From Dictyostelium discoideum (lineage: Eukaryota), in the NCBI GenBank assembly GCA_000004695.1, contig CM000152.2, positions 1,952,001 to 2,016,000 on the forward strand: a stretch of 64,000 nt of DNA, given 5' to 3'. A program made the translations under genes and the position numbers. Shown here in pieces: positions 22,768 through 34,252 of this stretch. Below the pieces are notes generated by a model. That model ran no database searches and was not told where the DNA came from. It worked only from the letters and a program-made list of their open reading frames with translations. The first letter of the stretch is position 1. Every line of letters starts with the position of its first letter.

Positions 22768-23241
22768 TTAATTATCTTCATCATCTTCATCTTCTTCAAA
22801 TTCTTCAAATTCTTCATCTCCCTCCATTGTAATTTCAATACCTTCACCACCATTGATAGTATTTATTTGTTTTTGTTCCTCTTCTAATTCTTTTTGTACA
22901 GATTCATCATTTGGATCTAATGTCATAACATACTCCATTTGAATTCTAATATTATTCTCGAAAATATTTGGTATCATTGCTCTTTCTTCTTTTGATAACA
23001 TTTTGTCGACACTAATAACAATTAATGGTATCACTGGATTATTATTACTACCCTTGGTAATTAATTCGTGGTGTTCCAATTCCCATTTATATTGAAATGT
23101 TAAATTTAATGACTCTATAAATGATTTAATTCTTATTTCCTCATCTGTCAAAATTTTTGGTGGTGGCGGAGCTGTTGTTGTGTTAATAATTAAAGAAGGT
23201 TGTTTTTGCTCCTCCGAGGTGGTCACTGGGATTTGTGACAT
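22768..23241 (-). CDS. Small (157 aa) protein of unknown function with an acidic C-terminal tail (EEFEEFEEDEDDEDN)
   Basis: Clean ORF with ATG. No motif I can name. Confidence 0.5.
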   Translation of the reverse strand: MSQIPVTTSEEQKQPSLIINTTTAPPPPKILTDEEIRIKSFIESLNLTFQYKWELEHHELITKGSNNNPVIPLIVISVDKMLSKEERAMIPNIFENNIRIQMEYVMTLDPNDESVQKELEEEQKQINTINGGEGIEITMEGDEEFEEFEEDEDDEDN

Positions 23242-23812
23242 TTCGATTATTTTTTTAAAAAAAAAAAAAAAAATAAAAATTATTTAATTTTTTTTTTTTT
23301 TTATTTTTACCTGGATAATTGGTTTTTAAGTGGTAATTTTTTTTTTTAATTTTTTTTTAATTTTTTTTTTATTTTTGTTTTTTTTTTTTAATTTTTTTTT
23401 TTATTTTTTCCAATTTTCAATTGTTAGATTTGGCAAAGATTTCAATTTTTTTTAATTTAATTTTTTAAATTTTTTTTGTTTTTTTGTTTTTTGTTTTATT
23501 TTTTTTTTTTTTTATTTTTTTTATTATTTTTTTATTTTTTTTTTTCAACTCTTATTATTTTATAATTTATTATTATTATTAATATTATTATTATTATTAT
23601 TATTTTTTTTTTTTTATGATCGGAATTAAAATCAATTTAACAACAAAAATAAATAAATCAACACATATTAAATCAGTTTATAAAAAAATTAAAAGATAGA
23701 CACACGTTTTTTATTGTAAATTTCAAAATTTTATATAACTTTCCTCATCCATTCCTTTTTTAATAAAAAAAAAAAAAAAACAAAAAAAAAAAAAAACAAA
23801 TTAATTAATCTT

Positions 23813-24493
23813 ATGGGTTGTATTTTCACCAAACCTTCTCCTGAACAACAGAAATTTGATGGAGAAGATTATGAATGTGAAAATAAAAAGAATTTAAATT
23901 TAATTAGTTATATTAGAAATTTATTATTTGGAAATAATAGTCATCAACAACTATACAATGAAATAATACCAACAACAACCTCAACAACCTCAACAACAAC
24001 AAATTCAGTGTACCAAAATATTGGTCTAGATGGATACAATAATAATAACAATAACAATAACAATAATAACAACAACAATAATATAATGAATAATTACGGC
24101 TATGACGATTATGGTTATAGCTATGAAGAAGATGAGGATTATTATGATGAAATGCCAATACCAACAATAGTGGCACAACCACAACCACAACCACAACCAC
24201 AACCACAACCACAACCACAACCACAACAACCAATAAGAATAGTATCACAAAATCAACAAATACCAACAACACCACCACAACAAATATCACAATTTAATAT
24301 TACTGGAAATAAATCACCATCTTCAATAGGAAGTAGACATAGAAGTAAACCCAAAGAAACTTTAAGAGCACATAAAAAGAGACATAAAGATGGACATAAA
24401 ATGGTTAATGAATATGTTTTCGTAAGAAAATTAGGTAAAGGTACTTTTGGAAAAGTAAAATTAGCCTATCATCATGATACACATCATTTATAT
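23813..24493 (+). CDS. Ser/Thr protein kinase (CAMKL group, LKB1/CaMKK-like) exon 1. N-terminal MGCIFTK myristoylation/palmitoylation signal, poly-N, (PQ)n, start of the kinase domain (LGKGTFGKVKLAYH)
   Basis: GxGxFGxV glycine loop. GTAAGT donor after HHLY. Confidence 0.8.
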
Positions 24494-24582
24494 GTAAGTT
24501 TAATTATTATTATTAATTATTATTATATTTTAATTATATATTAATTTAATTTTTTTTTAATTTTTATTTTAATTATAATTAG

Positions 24583-25989
24583 GCAATTAAAATTTTTAAT
24601 AAAATTAGATTAAAGAAACAAACAATGGGTATTGGTAGACCAAATGCATTTGATGATGTATTAAAAGAGATTGCAATTATGAAAAAGATGAATCATATAA
24701 ATGTTGTAAAACTTTATGAAGTTATCAATGATCCACAAGAAGAGTATATTTACATTGTGATGGAGTATATTGAAGGTGGTAGTATAATGTCTGCCAATGA
24801 GACATCTGAAGATTTAGCTAGAAAATACTTTAGAGATATTGTATTTGGTCTTGAATATCTTCATGAACAAAAAGTCATTCACAAAGATCTAAAGCCAGAG
24901 AATCTATTGGTCAATAGTGAAGGTGTTGTAAAGATCACTGATTTCGGTGTCTCACATATTTTCGATGACGATGACGTTGTAAGATGCTCAAGAGGAAGTC
25001 CAGCATTCTTGGCACCCGAATTATGTAGAAACGAATCTCAACCAATCTCTGGCAAAGGAGTGGATGTTTGGGCATTGGGTGTTAGTTTGTATTGTTTAAT
25101 CTTTGCAAGAACTCCATTCATCTCAAAAACAAACTCCCTATTGGATATCTATGATCAAATTGTTAATCATGAACCAACCTATCCAAGAGAGATCTCAAAT
25201 GATCTAATGGATCTATTCAAAAGATTATTGGATAAAAATCCATTGACCAGAATTCAAATAGCAGAGATTAAATCACACAAATGGACCACAATCTCTGGTA
25301 CATGGCCAATGAATGAGTTGGACCATTTGATCTTATCAGTAACTGATCAAGAAATGATCGATGCCATTAGTACCGATCATACAATTAAACCATCCGATAA
25401 TACTACAACTGATGAAGATGATTCAGATTTAAGTAGTAGTAGTGGTGGTGAAAGTAGTGGTATAATAGGTTCAAGTAATGAAAGTAAATCAATGTATAAT
25501 AATGTAAATAGTAAACAAAAAATTCAAAATCAAAATCAAAATCAAAATCAAAATCAAAATCAAAATCAAAATCAAAATCAAAATCAAAATCATAATCAAA
25601 ATCAAAATCAAAATCAAAATCAAAACAATAATAACAATTCATTAATTGAAAAATCAAATATCTCAATACCAGCATCATCATCATCGATTAGTAATAATGA
25701 TAGTTGCTATGAAAATAGAAATGTATATATAAAAGATGAAGAAATGAATATGATATGTAACGACAGTGTAATTATGGATCCAATTAAAGAATTAAACAAA
25801 ATTGATGGATTAAATTATGGTTGTGATTTCCAAATTGGAAAAGAATATTCAGATTTTCAATATAACAGTGGCCATTTTATTTATGATTTGGTCGATGAAA
25901 ATGAATCTCAAATATCAAGAGAATCTGCAAATGATTACTATTTACCTTTTAAAACAAATAAATATCTAAACAATAAATCAATTGTTTAA
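24583..25989 (+). CDS. Kinase exon 2: AIKIF (VAIK lysine), HKDLKPENLL, DFG, GSPAFLAPE, then a C-terminal tail with a (QN)17 repeat
   Basis: AATTAG acceptor. Motifs collinear with LKB1 (GSPAFQPPE) and CaMKK. Confidence 0.85.
   Translation, partial: AIKIFNKIRLKKQTMGIGRPNAFDDVLKEIAIMKKMNHINVVKLYEVINDPQEEYIYIVMEYIEGGSIMSANETSEDLARKYFRDIVFGLEYLHEQKVIHKDLKPENLLVNSEGVVKITDFGVSHIFDDDDVVRCSRGSPAFLAPELCRNESQPISGKGVDVWALGVSLYCLIFARTPFISKTNSLLDIYDQIVNHEPTYPREISNDLMDLFKRLLDKNPLTRIQIAEIKSHKWTTISGTWPMNELDHLILSVTDQEMIDAISTDHTIKPSDNTTTDEDDSDLSSSSGGESSGIIGSSNESKSMYNNVNSKQKIQNQNQNQNQNQNQNQNQNQNQNHNQNQNQNQNQNNNNNSLIEKSNISIPASSSSISNNDSCYENRNVYIKDEEMNMICNDSVIMDPIKELNKIDGLNYGCDFQIGKEYSDFQYNSGHFIYDLVDENESQISRESANDYYLPFKTNKYLNNKSIV
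25521..25622 (+). repeat. (CAAAAT)n hexanucleotide microsatellite, about 17 units, coding for (QN)n
   Basis: Seen in sequence. Confidence 0.9.
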
Positions 25990-26170
25990 TTTTCATTGTA
26001 AATTAAAATTAAAAATAAAAATAAAAATAAAATAAAAAAAAAAAATAAAAAAAAAATAAAAAATTACAAAGATAAATTTGAAAATTAAATACCTGTATTA
26101 CATTTTTAAAATAATAAATATTCATTTCATTTTATTTAAATACTAAAATAAATTTAGTAAAAGCAAATCA

Positions 26171-26209
<39 letters not shown>

Positions 26210-26480
26210 ATTTATTTGGGTTTTCATTCCACGTTGCTTTTTTTAAAAAATCTTTTGAAATCTTGTTTTGGATTGTTTCGTTGCTTTTATAATAAAAATT
26301 TTTGGAAATAAACACGTTATATTATTATCATAAAGTTAGATTTGCTAATCAAAAAATGTCATCGTAAAATTATAATCGAAAATTGGAAAATGTAAAATTG
26401 GTTGTTATAAAAAAAAAAAAAATAATAAAACACCTTTTTTTCAACACCTAATTTTTTACTTTTCACAAATTTTTCTAAAC

Positions 26481-26513
<33 letters not shown>

Positions 26514-26759
26514 CAATATTACTATTTTATTTTAGTTAATATTTCCTTATATGGTTGTTTTTTTTATTTTATATTTTATTTTTTATTTATTTTTTATTTT
26601 TTTTTCAAAAATTCGGGTTGTGCCACATTAATTGTTTAATTATTTAAATTATAATAAATAAAATTGTTTATGTGGCATTTTTTTTTTATTATTTTTATTA
26701 TTAGTATAAAAAGAAATGGAATATTGTGAATTAGTAATCAAAAATTTAGTAAAATAAAA

Positions 26760-26928
26760 ATGAAATTAAAAATAAAATTTTCCATTATTTCACTTTTTAT
26801 TTTAAAATTGGTAATTTCAAAACCAATTTTAAAATTTAATAATAATAATCAATTTAAAATTATTCAATTTACAGATTTACACTATGGAAGTGAACCAGTT
26901 GATGATATTGATACTATTTTCTCTCAAG
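26760..26928 (+). CDS. Metallophosphoesterase paralog 1, exon 1 (signal peptide + FKIIQFTDLHYG metal-binding motif I)
   Basis: ATG. GTGATT donor, phase 1. Confidence 0.7.
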
Positions 26929-26932
26929 GTGA

Positions 26933-26965
<33 letters not shown>

Positions 26966-27022
26966 ATTTTTATTTTTAAAATAATTATATAAAATATTTT
27001 GATTTATTAATTTATTTTAAAG

Positions 27023-27874
27023 TAAATATATTGGATTATGAGAAACCAGATTTAGTAATTTTAAGTGGTGATATGGTTACAGGATATGAAGAACAATTTG
27101 AAGATGATGATAGAAATTATTGGAAGTATTGGAATGTATTCACAAGGCCATTTGTAGAAAGAAATATTCCATGGGCAATTACATTTGGTAATCATGATGG
27201 TGAAGGTGCACTTAGTACAAATGAAATTTTGAAAATTGACCAAACTTTTAATTTAAGTCTTTCTCAATCAAATCCGGTGGAAATGCATGGGATTGCAAAT
27301 TATGTATTAAAAATTTCAAGTTCGAATAGTTTAAAAAGTGAACCGGCTTCATTGGTATACATTTTCGATAGTTCCACCAAAGGTTGCTCAAAATTAGATT
27401 GGGGTTGTGTTCATCAAGATCAAGTGGATTGGTTTAAAAATACTTCAAAAAGTTTTAACAAAACTGATTCAATAGCATTTGTTCATATTCCTCCAGTTGA
27501 GATTATTGACTTATGGAATAATTATCCAGTTTATGGAAATTATTCAGAAACTTCTTGTTGCTTTGATAATGATTATGGTGACTTTGTCTCGAGCCTTGTT
27601 GAATCAGGAGATGTTCACGGTTTATATTTTGGTCATGATCATGAAAATGATTTCCATGGAGATTATAAAGGTGTTGATTTAGGATATGGCAGAAAATCAG
27701 GTGCTGGTTCATATAGTTCTAAAAAGCCATTAGGTGCAAGAGTATTCCAATTAACCGAATCACCTTTTACTCTTTCAACATGGATAAGAGAAGAAGATGG
27801 TAATATTGTATCCCAAGTAATTCATCCACCATCAGAATTCGATCGAAAACCACTTCAATGTAAAATGAAAGATA
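27023..27874 (+). CDS. Metallophosphoesterase paralog 1, exon 2 (DLVILSGDM, GNHD, VHIPP, GHDH motifs of calcineurin-like / Dcr2-like phosphoesterases)
   Basis: TTTTAAAG acceptor. Conserved MPP motifs GDxxY...GNHD...GHxH. GTATGT donor, phase 1. Confidence 0.75.
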
Positions 27875-27966
27875 GTATGTATTAATTAATTAAAAAATCA
27901 TAATTATAAAAAATAAAAAAAATAAATTAACAATTGATTTTTCATTTATTTAAAATATTTAATTAG

Positions 27967-28136
27967 AGTATAGTAAAAAAGAATTAATAGCAATTAAAGT
28001 TATTGGAGGTTTTTTAATTTTCTTAGGAATAGTAGTTGTTGGTTTAATTGGATTTTTTGGGTTTAAACATTATAAAAAGTATGAATTTAAAAAACAATAC
28101 CAAGAATTTAAAAAATACTCAAATTGTATTTTATAA
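27967..28136 (+). CDS. Metallophosphoesterase paralog 1, exon 3: KYSKKELIAIKVIGGFLIFLGIVVVGLIGFFGFKHYKKYEFKKQYQEFKKYSNCIL* (single TM helix + basic tail)
   Basis: AATTAG acceptor. The exon is conserved in length and sequence with the paralog. Confidence 0.65.
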
Positions 28137-29122
28137 ATTCAATCATAAACACACCCTAATTAAACACACTTACATCACAACACACACACACACACATACA
28201 CATAACACACCCATTTATAATAACTGTAATATACAGAGAAATGAACGAATAATATAAATAAAAATGTATAATAAATTAAAATTGATTACATTTTATTTTT
28301 ATTATAATCCAATCTCGATATCTCTTTTTTTATAGATCACATCAAAAAATATTTAACTTCACCATTTTTAATTTATTTTGTTGTTTTGAATATCCCTTCT
28401 TTTTTTTATTTATTTATTTTTTTTGAAATTATGTCAAAGACTTTTCTTTTCAATCACTAACCTTTCAAATATTAATATTATTATTTAGATTCAAAAAGCA
28501 AACATTAGAAATGCAAAATCTTGTTTAATGAAAGTGAAGTTTATGGTTTTCCAAATTATATATAGATAATATCTAATCTTTTATATATATTTTTTATCTA
28601 AAATGCTAAATAAAATAGTGTGGTGCCATAGTTTGTTCTCAAAAAAAAATAAATAAAAAATAAACTTGATCAAGTTCTCTCAGAGATACTGGTTCTCATT
28701 GGTGGGTTATATTATCATTTTTTTTTATTTCTCAAATTTAATTGTTCAAATAATTTTATTTTATTTTTTTTTTTTTTTTTCATTTTAAAATAAATAAATA
28801 ATTAAAATAAATAATTAAATTATCTTTTTTATTTTTAAAAAATATTTTCAAAAAAAAAAAAAAAAAAAAGATTTATTTTTCAAAAACAATTTGGGAGGGA
28901 AAACAAAAAATAAAAGTCCCCAACAGAGCAAAAATAAAAAACCTATTTTTTTGAGTAAAAATTTGTCAAAAAATCCAATGCCAAAAAAAAAACATTGGAC
29001 CCATTTTTTCGAGTTCTCATTTTTCGATAACCTTTAGATTAATCCATCGCAACGTTGTAGTTTCAGAAAACATTTTAATATAAACCTTTCATAAATATAT
29101 TAAATGCACCTGTTTTGGAGAG

Positions 29123-29166
<44 letters not shown>

Positions 29167-29592
29167 AAACATTTTGCTACGTTTTATTTTATAATAATAT
29201 TTTCCGATTTGAATAGAAAAAAAAAAATTTAATGAAAAATTAAGTTTGAGTCTTTAACAAAAAATTTTAATGTTTTTCCTTTGAAAATTATATTAAATAA
29301 TATACAATTTTTTTTTTTTTTTTTAATGATTCGTGTCAAGTGCTACCTATGTTTTCTGTTTTTTTTTTTTTTTTTTTTAAATCCAAATATTTCCAAATTT
29401 GGAATTTAAATCAAAATTATTTCGTGTAGCATTATACAAAAAAAAAAAGGTTATAAATTATTATTTTTTTTTATAATTTATATATGTGGCTTTTTTTTAT
29501 TATTTTAAAAAAAAAATACTATAAAAAGGAAATGAAAAAAAAAAAATAATTCATTCAAACAATAAAAGAAACAATTTCGGAAAAAAAAAAAA

Positions 29593-29758
29593 ATGAAAGT
29601 AATAAATAAATTCATTATTATTTCAATATTATTAAAAATGGTAAACTCTAAACCAATTTTAAAATTTAATAATAATAATCAATTTAAAATTGTTCAATTT
29701 ACTGATTTACATTATGGTAGTGATCCAGAGTCAGATGTAGATTCAGTTTATTCTCAAA
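29593..29758 (+). CDS. Metallophosphoesterase paralog 2, exon 1
   Basis: ATG. GTAATT donor, phase 1. Paralogous to 26760..26928. Confidence 0.7.
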
Positions 29759-29857
29759 GTAATTATTAATAATTTAAAATAAATAAAACCAAAAAATAAA
29801 AATAAAAATAAAAATAAAAAATAAAGAGATTACTAATTTAATAAAAATTTAAAAAAG

Positions 29858-30712
29858 TTACAATCTTAGATTATGAGAAACCAGATTTAGTAGTTTTTAG
29901 TGGTGATATGATTTCAGGTTACCTTGATCCATTTGAAGATAATGATAAAAATTATTGGAAGTATTGGAATTTATTCACTGAACCTTTAATTGAAAGAAAT
30001 ATTCCATGGGCTATTACATTTGGTAATCATGATGGTGAAGGTGCACTCAGTACAAATGAAATTTTGAAACTTGACCAAACTTTTAATTTAAGTCTTTCCC
30101 AATCAAATTCAGTGGAAATGCATGGGATTGCAAATTATGTATTAAAAATTTCAAGTTCAAATAGTTCAAAAGAGGAACCTGCATCTTTAATTTATATTTT
30201 TGACAGTTCCACCAAAGGTTGTTCAAAATTAGATTGGGGTTGTGTTCATCAAGATCAAGTGGATTGGTTTAAAAATACTTCAAAAAGTTTTAACAAAACT
30301 AATTCAATTGCATTTGTTCATATTCCTCCAATTGAAGTTATTGACTTATGGAACAAATATCCAGTTCATGGTAATTTTTCAGAAACTCCATGTTGTTTTG
30401 ATAATGAATTTGGTAACTTTGTCCCAAGCCTTGTTGAATCAGGAGATGTTCACGGTTTATATTTTGGTCATGATCATGAAAATGATTTCCATGGAGATTA
30501 TAAAGGTGTTGATTTAGGATATGGCAGAAAATCAGGTGAAGGTTCATATAGTTCCAAAAAGCCATTAGGTGCAAGAGTATTCCAATTAACCGAATCACCT
30601 TTTACTCTTTCAACATGGATAAGAGAAGTAAATGGTAATATTGTATCTCAAGATGTTCATGTACAATCTGAAATAGATCAAAAACCACTTCAATGTAAAA
30701 GAAAGATAGTAA
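29858..30712 (+). CDS. Metallophosphoesterase paralog 2, exon 2
   Basis: AAAAAAG acceptor. About 85% aa identity to paralog 1. The 3' end is set at a GTATTT donor (30713) to keep the downstream TM exon in frame. The alternative GTAAGT at 30709 gives a stop. Confidence 0.6.
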
Positions 30713-30713
30713 G

Positions 30714-30771
<58 letters not shown>

Positions 30772-30810
30772 AATTAATATTTATTAATTTTTATTTTTTT
30801 ATAAAATTAG

Positions 30811-30980
30811 AATATAGTAAAAGACAATTGTTAATTTATAAAATTGTTGGAAGTTTTTCAATTTTTTTGGCAGTAGTACTCGTTGGTTTGGCTGGATTTT
30901 TTGGATATAAATTTTATAAAAAGTATGAATTTAAAAAACATTACCAAGAATTAAAAAAATTCTCAAATTGTATTTTATAA
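30811..30980 (+). CDS. Metallophosphoesterase paralog 2, exon 3: KYSKRQLLIYKIVGSFSIFLAVVLVGLAGFFGYKFYKKYEFKKHYQELKKFSNCIL*
   Basis: Conserved with 27967..28136. Confidence 0.6.
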
Positions 30981-31259
30981 AATACAACCATAAACATACC
31001 CTAAACACTCACATCACACAAACAAACACAAACACTCACACAAACACAACATACACGATAATAACACACCCATTTATAATAACTGTAATATAGAGATGAA
31101 TGCTTGATATTTAATAATAAAATGTATAATATAAATTAAAATTTAATACATTTTATTTTATTATCATCCTATTTCTATATTTCTATTTTATAGATCACTT
31201 TCAACAAAAATCACATTTTACCAACATTCAAAAAGATGATGGTATTTTAAATTATTTTC

Positions 31260-31296
<37 letters not shown>

Positions 31297-31572
31297 TTTT
31301 TTTTCATAACAATTTTTTATAATAATAATAATATTCAAAAATATAATATTTAAATATTAACATTTTAATTTTATAATTTTATAGGAGACAAGTTCAAAAA
31401 TAAACAAAGTAACCATCAAACAAGATTTTCCAAAGTTAATTATGTAAATCACCCCACATAATGTAAACAAAACACCCATTCATTGTATTATAGTAAAATA
31501 AAAATAAAATAAATAAAAATAATTTAAAATAAGTTAAATAGATTAAAGATCTATTAAAGTTGTTTTTTTTTT

Positions 31573-32613
31573 TTATTTATAAATTGAAACATTGATAATA
31601 TCATTTTGATCATTTTCACAATTATTATCAATTATTACATAACCACGATACATACCTTCAGTGTTGAAAGGCATTTCAACATTTCCATATTTATCAACAC
31701 AAATTACACCACCATCACCAACTGTTATTAATTTTTCCATTACAACTTTATTGGATGCATCTTTTAAAGATAAAGAACCATATTCCATCATTGCAGCAAT
31801 ATCAAAAGCGGCCACTGTTCTCATAAATGCTTCACCAGTTCCAGTTGAACTAACAGCAACATTTTTATTTGCATAAACACCAGCACCAATAATTGGAGTA
31901 TCACCAACTCTACCATGCATTTTATTTGTCATACCACCAGTTGAAGTTGCAGCGGCTAAATTACCAAAGGAATCTAAACAAACAGCACCAACAGTTCCCA
32001 TTTTATACTTTGGATCAATTGGATCAACTCCAACTGAAATAGTTGTCGTTGTTGTTGATGTTTCATTATTCTTTTCTTTTTCTTTTTCTTTTTCTAATAA
32101 ATTTTCACCATCATGATCTAAAATTAATTTCTTTTCATCTTTTGCTCTTAATAATTGATCATATCTATTTTGAGTAAAAAAGAAAGAAGGTTCAACGATT
32201 TCTAAATTCTTTGATTTTGCAAATTCTTCAGCACCTTTTCCAACTAATAAACAATGGTTTGTATGTTCCATAACAGCTCTAGCGGCAATAATAGGATTTC
32301 TAATGATTGAAACGCCACCAACTGCTCCTGCTTTTAAATTTGTACCATCCATAATGGCTGCATCCATTTCATTTGTACCAAGTTCAGTGAATACAGAACC
32401 TTTACCTGCATTATAAATTGGATCTTCTTCTAAAAGTCTAACTGCTTCTTGAACAACATCCAATGATGTACCACCTTGTTTCAATATAATTTTACCTGCT
32501 AATAATATATTCTTTAATGAATTTAAAAATATTTCTTCTCTCTCTTTTGATATTGTTGATTTTGAAATAACTCCTGCACCACCATGAATTACTAAAACTG
32601 ATTTCTTATTCAT
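31573..32613 (-). CDS. Plant-type L-asparaginase / isoaspartyl peptidase (Ntn hydrolase), single exon. GGAG...autoproteolytic G|TVGAV threonine
   Basis: VLVIHGGAG, MGTVGAVCLD, STGTGE motifs. Confidence 0.85.
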   Translation of the reverse strand: MNKKSVLVIHGGAGVISKSTISKEREEIFLNSLKNILLAGKIILKQGGTSLDVVQEAVRLLEEDPIYNAGKGSVFTELGTNEMDAAIMDGTNLKAGAVGGVSIIRNPIIAARAVMEHTNHCLLVGKGAEEFAKSKNLEIVEPSFFFTQNRYDQLLRAKDEKKLILDHDGENLLEKEKEKEKNNETSTTTTTISVGVDPIDPKYKMGTVGAVCLDSFGNLAAATSTGGMTNKMHGRVGDTPIIGAGVYANKNVAVSSTGTGEAFMRTVAAFDIAAMMEYGSLSLKDASNKVVMEKLITVGDGGVICVDKYGNVEMPFNTEGMYRGYVIIDNNCENDQNDIINVSIYK

Positions 32614-32932
32614 TTTATTTATTTATATATTTAATTTTATAAGATTTTATTATACAAAAAATATTTGAAATTATAAATGAATTTTTCTTTTTTTATGTTT
32701 ATGTTAAAGAAAAATTGAAAAAAAAAAAAAAAATAAATTAAAGCATAATTTCTTTGAAAAATAAAAAAATTGAAACAAAACGCTTAATGAAATTTTAAAA
32801 AAAAAAATCTAAAACTGAAAAAATAAAAAAAAAAAAAGTCAAAACGAAAAAAAAAAAAAAAAAAAATCAAACAAAACTCTGTGTGAAAAAAAAAAAAAAA
32901 AAAAAAAATACACAACCCCTTTGTTTTAAATA

Positions 32933-32935
32933 ATG
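32933..32935 (+). CDS. AP-1 complex sigma subunit, exon 1 = ATG only
   Basis: ATG|GTATTG donor. Splicing to 33019 yields MIHFLLCFNRQSKVRLSKFY, the canonical sigma-adaptin N-terminus. Confidence 0.65.
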
Positions 32936-33018
32936 GTATTGATCATATAGATATCATCATTCTTTTATAAAATAATAAATTAATTGTTATTTTTTCTTTT
33001 CATACATATATAATATAG

Positions 33019-33277
33019 ATTCATTTTTTATTATGTTTTAATAGACAGAGTAAAGTTAGATTAAGTAAATTCTATTCAACATATACACCAACGGAAAAAA
33101 ATAGGGCAACAAGGGAGGTAATGAATCAAGTATTATCTAGGAGTCCTAAATTTTGTAATTTTGTTCAATGGAGAGAATTTACAATTGTTTATCAAAGATT
33201 TGCTTCTTTATTTTTTGTTATGGTAACTGATTCTACTGATAATGAATTAGTAACTTTAGAATCAATTCAAAGATTTG
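33019..33277 (+). CDS. AP-1 sigma exon 2 IHFLLCFNRQSKVRLSKFYSTYTPTEKNRATREVMNQVLSRSPKFCNFVQWREFTIVYQRFASLFFVMVTDSTDNELVTLESIQRF
   Basis: Collinear with human AP1S1 (RQGKLRLQKWY...[29 protein letters not shown]). Confidence 0.85.
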
Positions 33278-33376
33278 GTATGTAAATTTACTTTTTATTT
33301 TTTTCATTAACTAATTATTATTTTACACTAACTTGTAATTACCTATCATTATATATATATAAATATATATATATAG

Positions 33377-33585
33377 TTGTAGTTTTAGATATAGTATTTG
33401 GTAATATTTGTGAATTGGATTTAATATATGAATTTCAAAGAGCATATCAAGTTTTAGATGAATTTTTATTAACAGGTCATTTACAAGAATCAAGCTCTAA
33501 AGAAATACTGAGAGCTATCAATGATGCTGAAGGTATGGAGAAATCACTATTAGTTGCTGAAGTATTAGATCAACACTTTTTATAA
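33377..33585 (+). CDS. AP-1 sigma exon 3 VVVLDIVFGNICELDLIYEFQRAYQVLDEFLLTGHLQESSSKEILRAINDAEGMEKSLLVAEVLDQHFL*
   Basis: TATATAG acceptor. Matches [24 protein letters not shown]. Confidence 0.85.
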
Positions 33586-33870
33586 ATATAAAAAATTAAT
33601 AATAATCAAAAAAATATATATATATAATAAATCAAATATTATTCTGTACAAATCAATTCATTTTTTTTTCTTAAAAAATCAAAATAATTATAATAATAAT
33701 AATGGTAATTTGAGGTTTTATTATTATAATTATTATTATTATTTTTATTATTATTATTTATTAATTTTCTTTATAAATTAATATTTATAAAAAAATGGAG
33801 TAATAATTGGTTTCAGTAGGACAAAGAAATTTTAATATTTAATTTAATTTTAAAATTAAATTATTTTTAA

Positions 33871-33919
<49 letters not shown>

Positions 33920-34160
33920 TTGTAATTATCTAAAATGAATAAAAATAAAAATTAAAAAATTAATATCAACAAATAAACTAACACAAAGAAATATTTAATA
34001 TTTTTTAAAAAAAAAAAAATAAAAAAAATAGTGATAAAAAATTAAAATAAAAAAATTATTTACCACTAATATACACAATCAAATGAAAATCTATTTAATG
34101 TGGTTTTTGTTTATATAATGTTTTTATTTTTTTTTATTTTTCACTATGGATTATTAATTA

Positions 34161-34168
34161 ATAATAAC

Positions 34169-34250
<82 letters not shown>
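34161..34250. repeat. Pure (AAT)n microsatellite, about 29 units, intergenic
   Basis: Seen in sequence. Confidence 0.95.

Positions 34251-34252
<2 letters not shown>

Larger units (their letters stand above)
26600..31200. repeat. Tandem segmental duplication, two about 2.83 kb units, each carrying one metallophosphoesterase gene plus diverged 5' and 3' flanks
   Basis: Collinear similarity in exons, introns and flanking sequence, e.g. the TGTGGC(A)TTTTTTTT promoter block and the 3' CA-rich block followed by CCCATTTATAATAACTGTAATATA. Confidence 0.8.
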
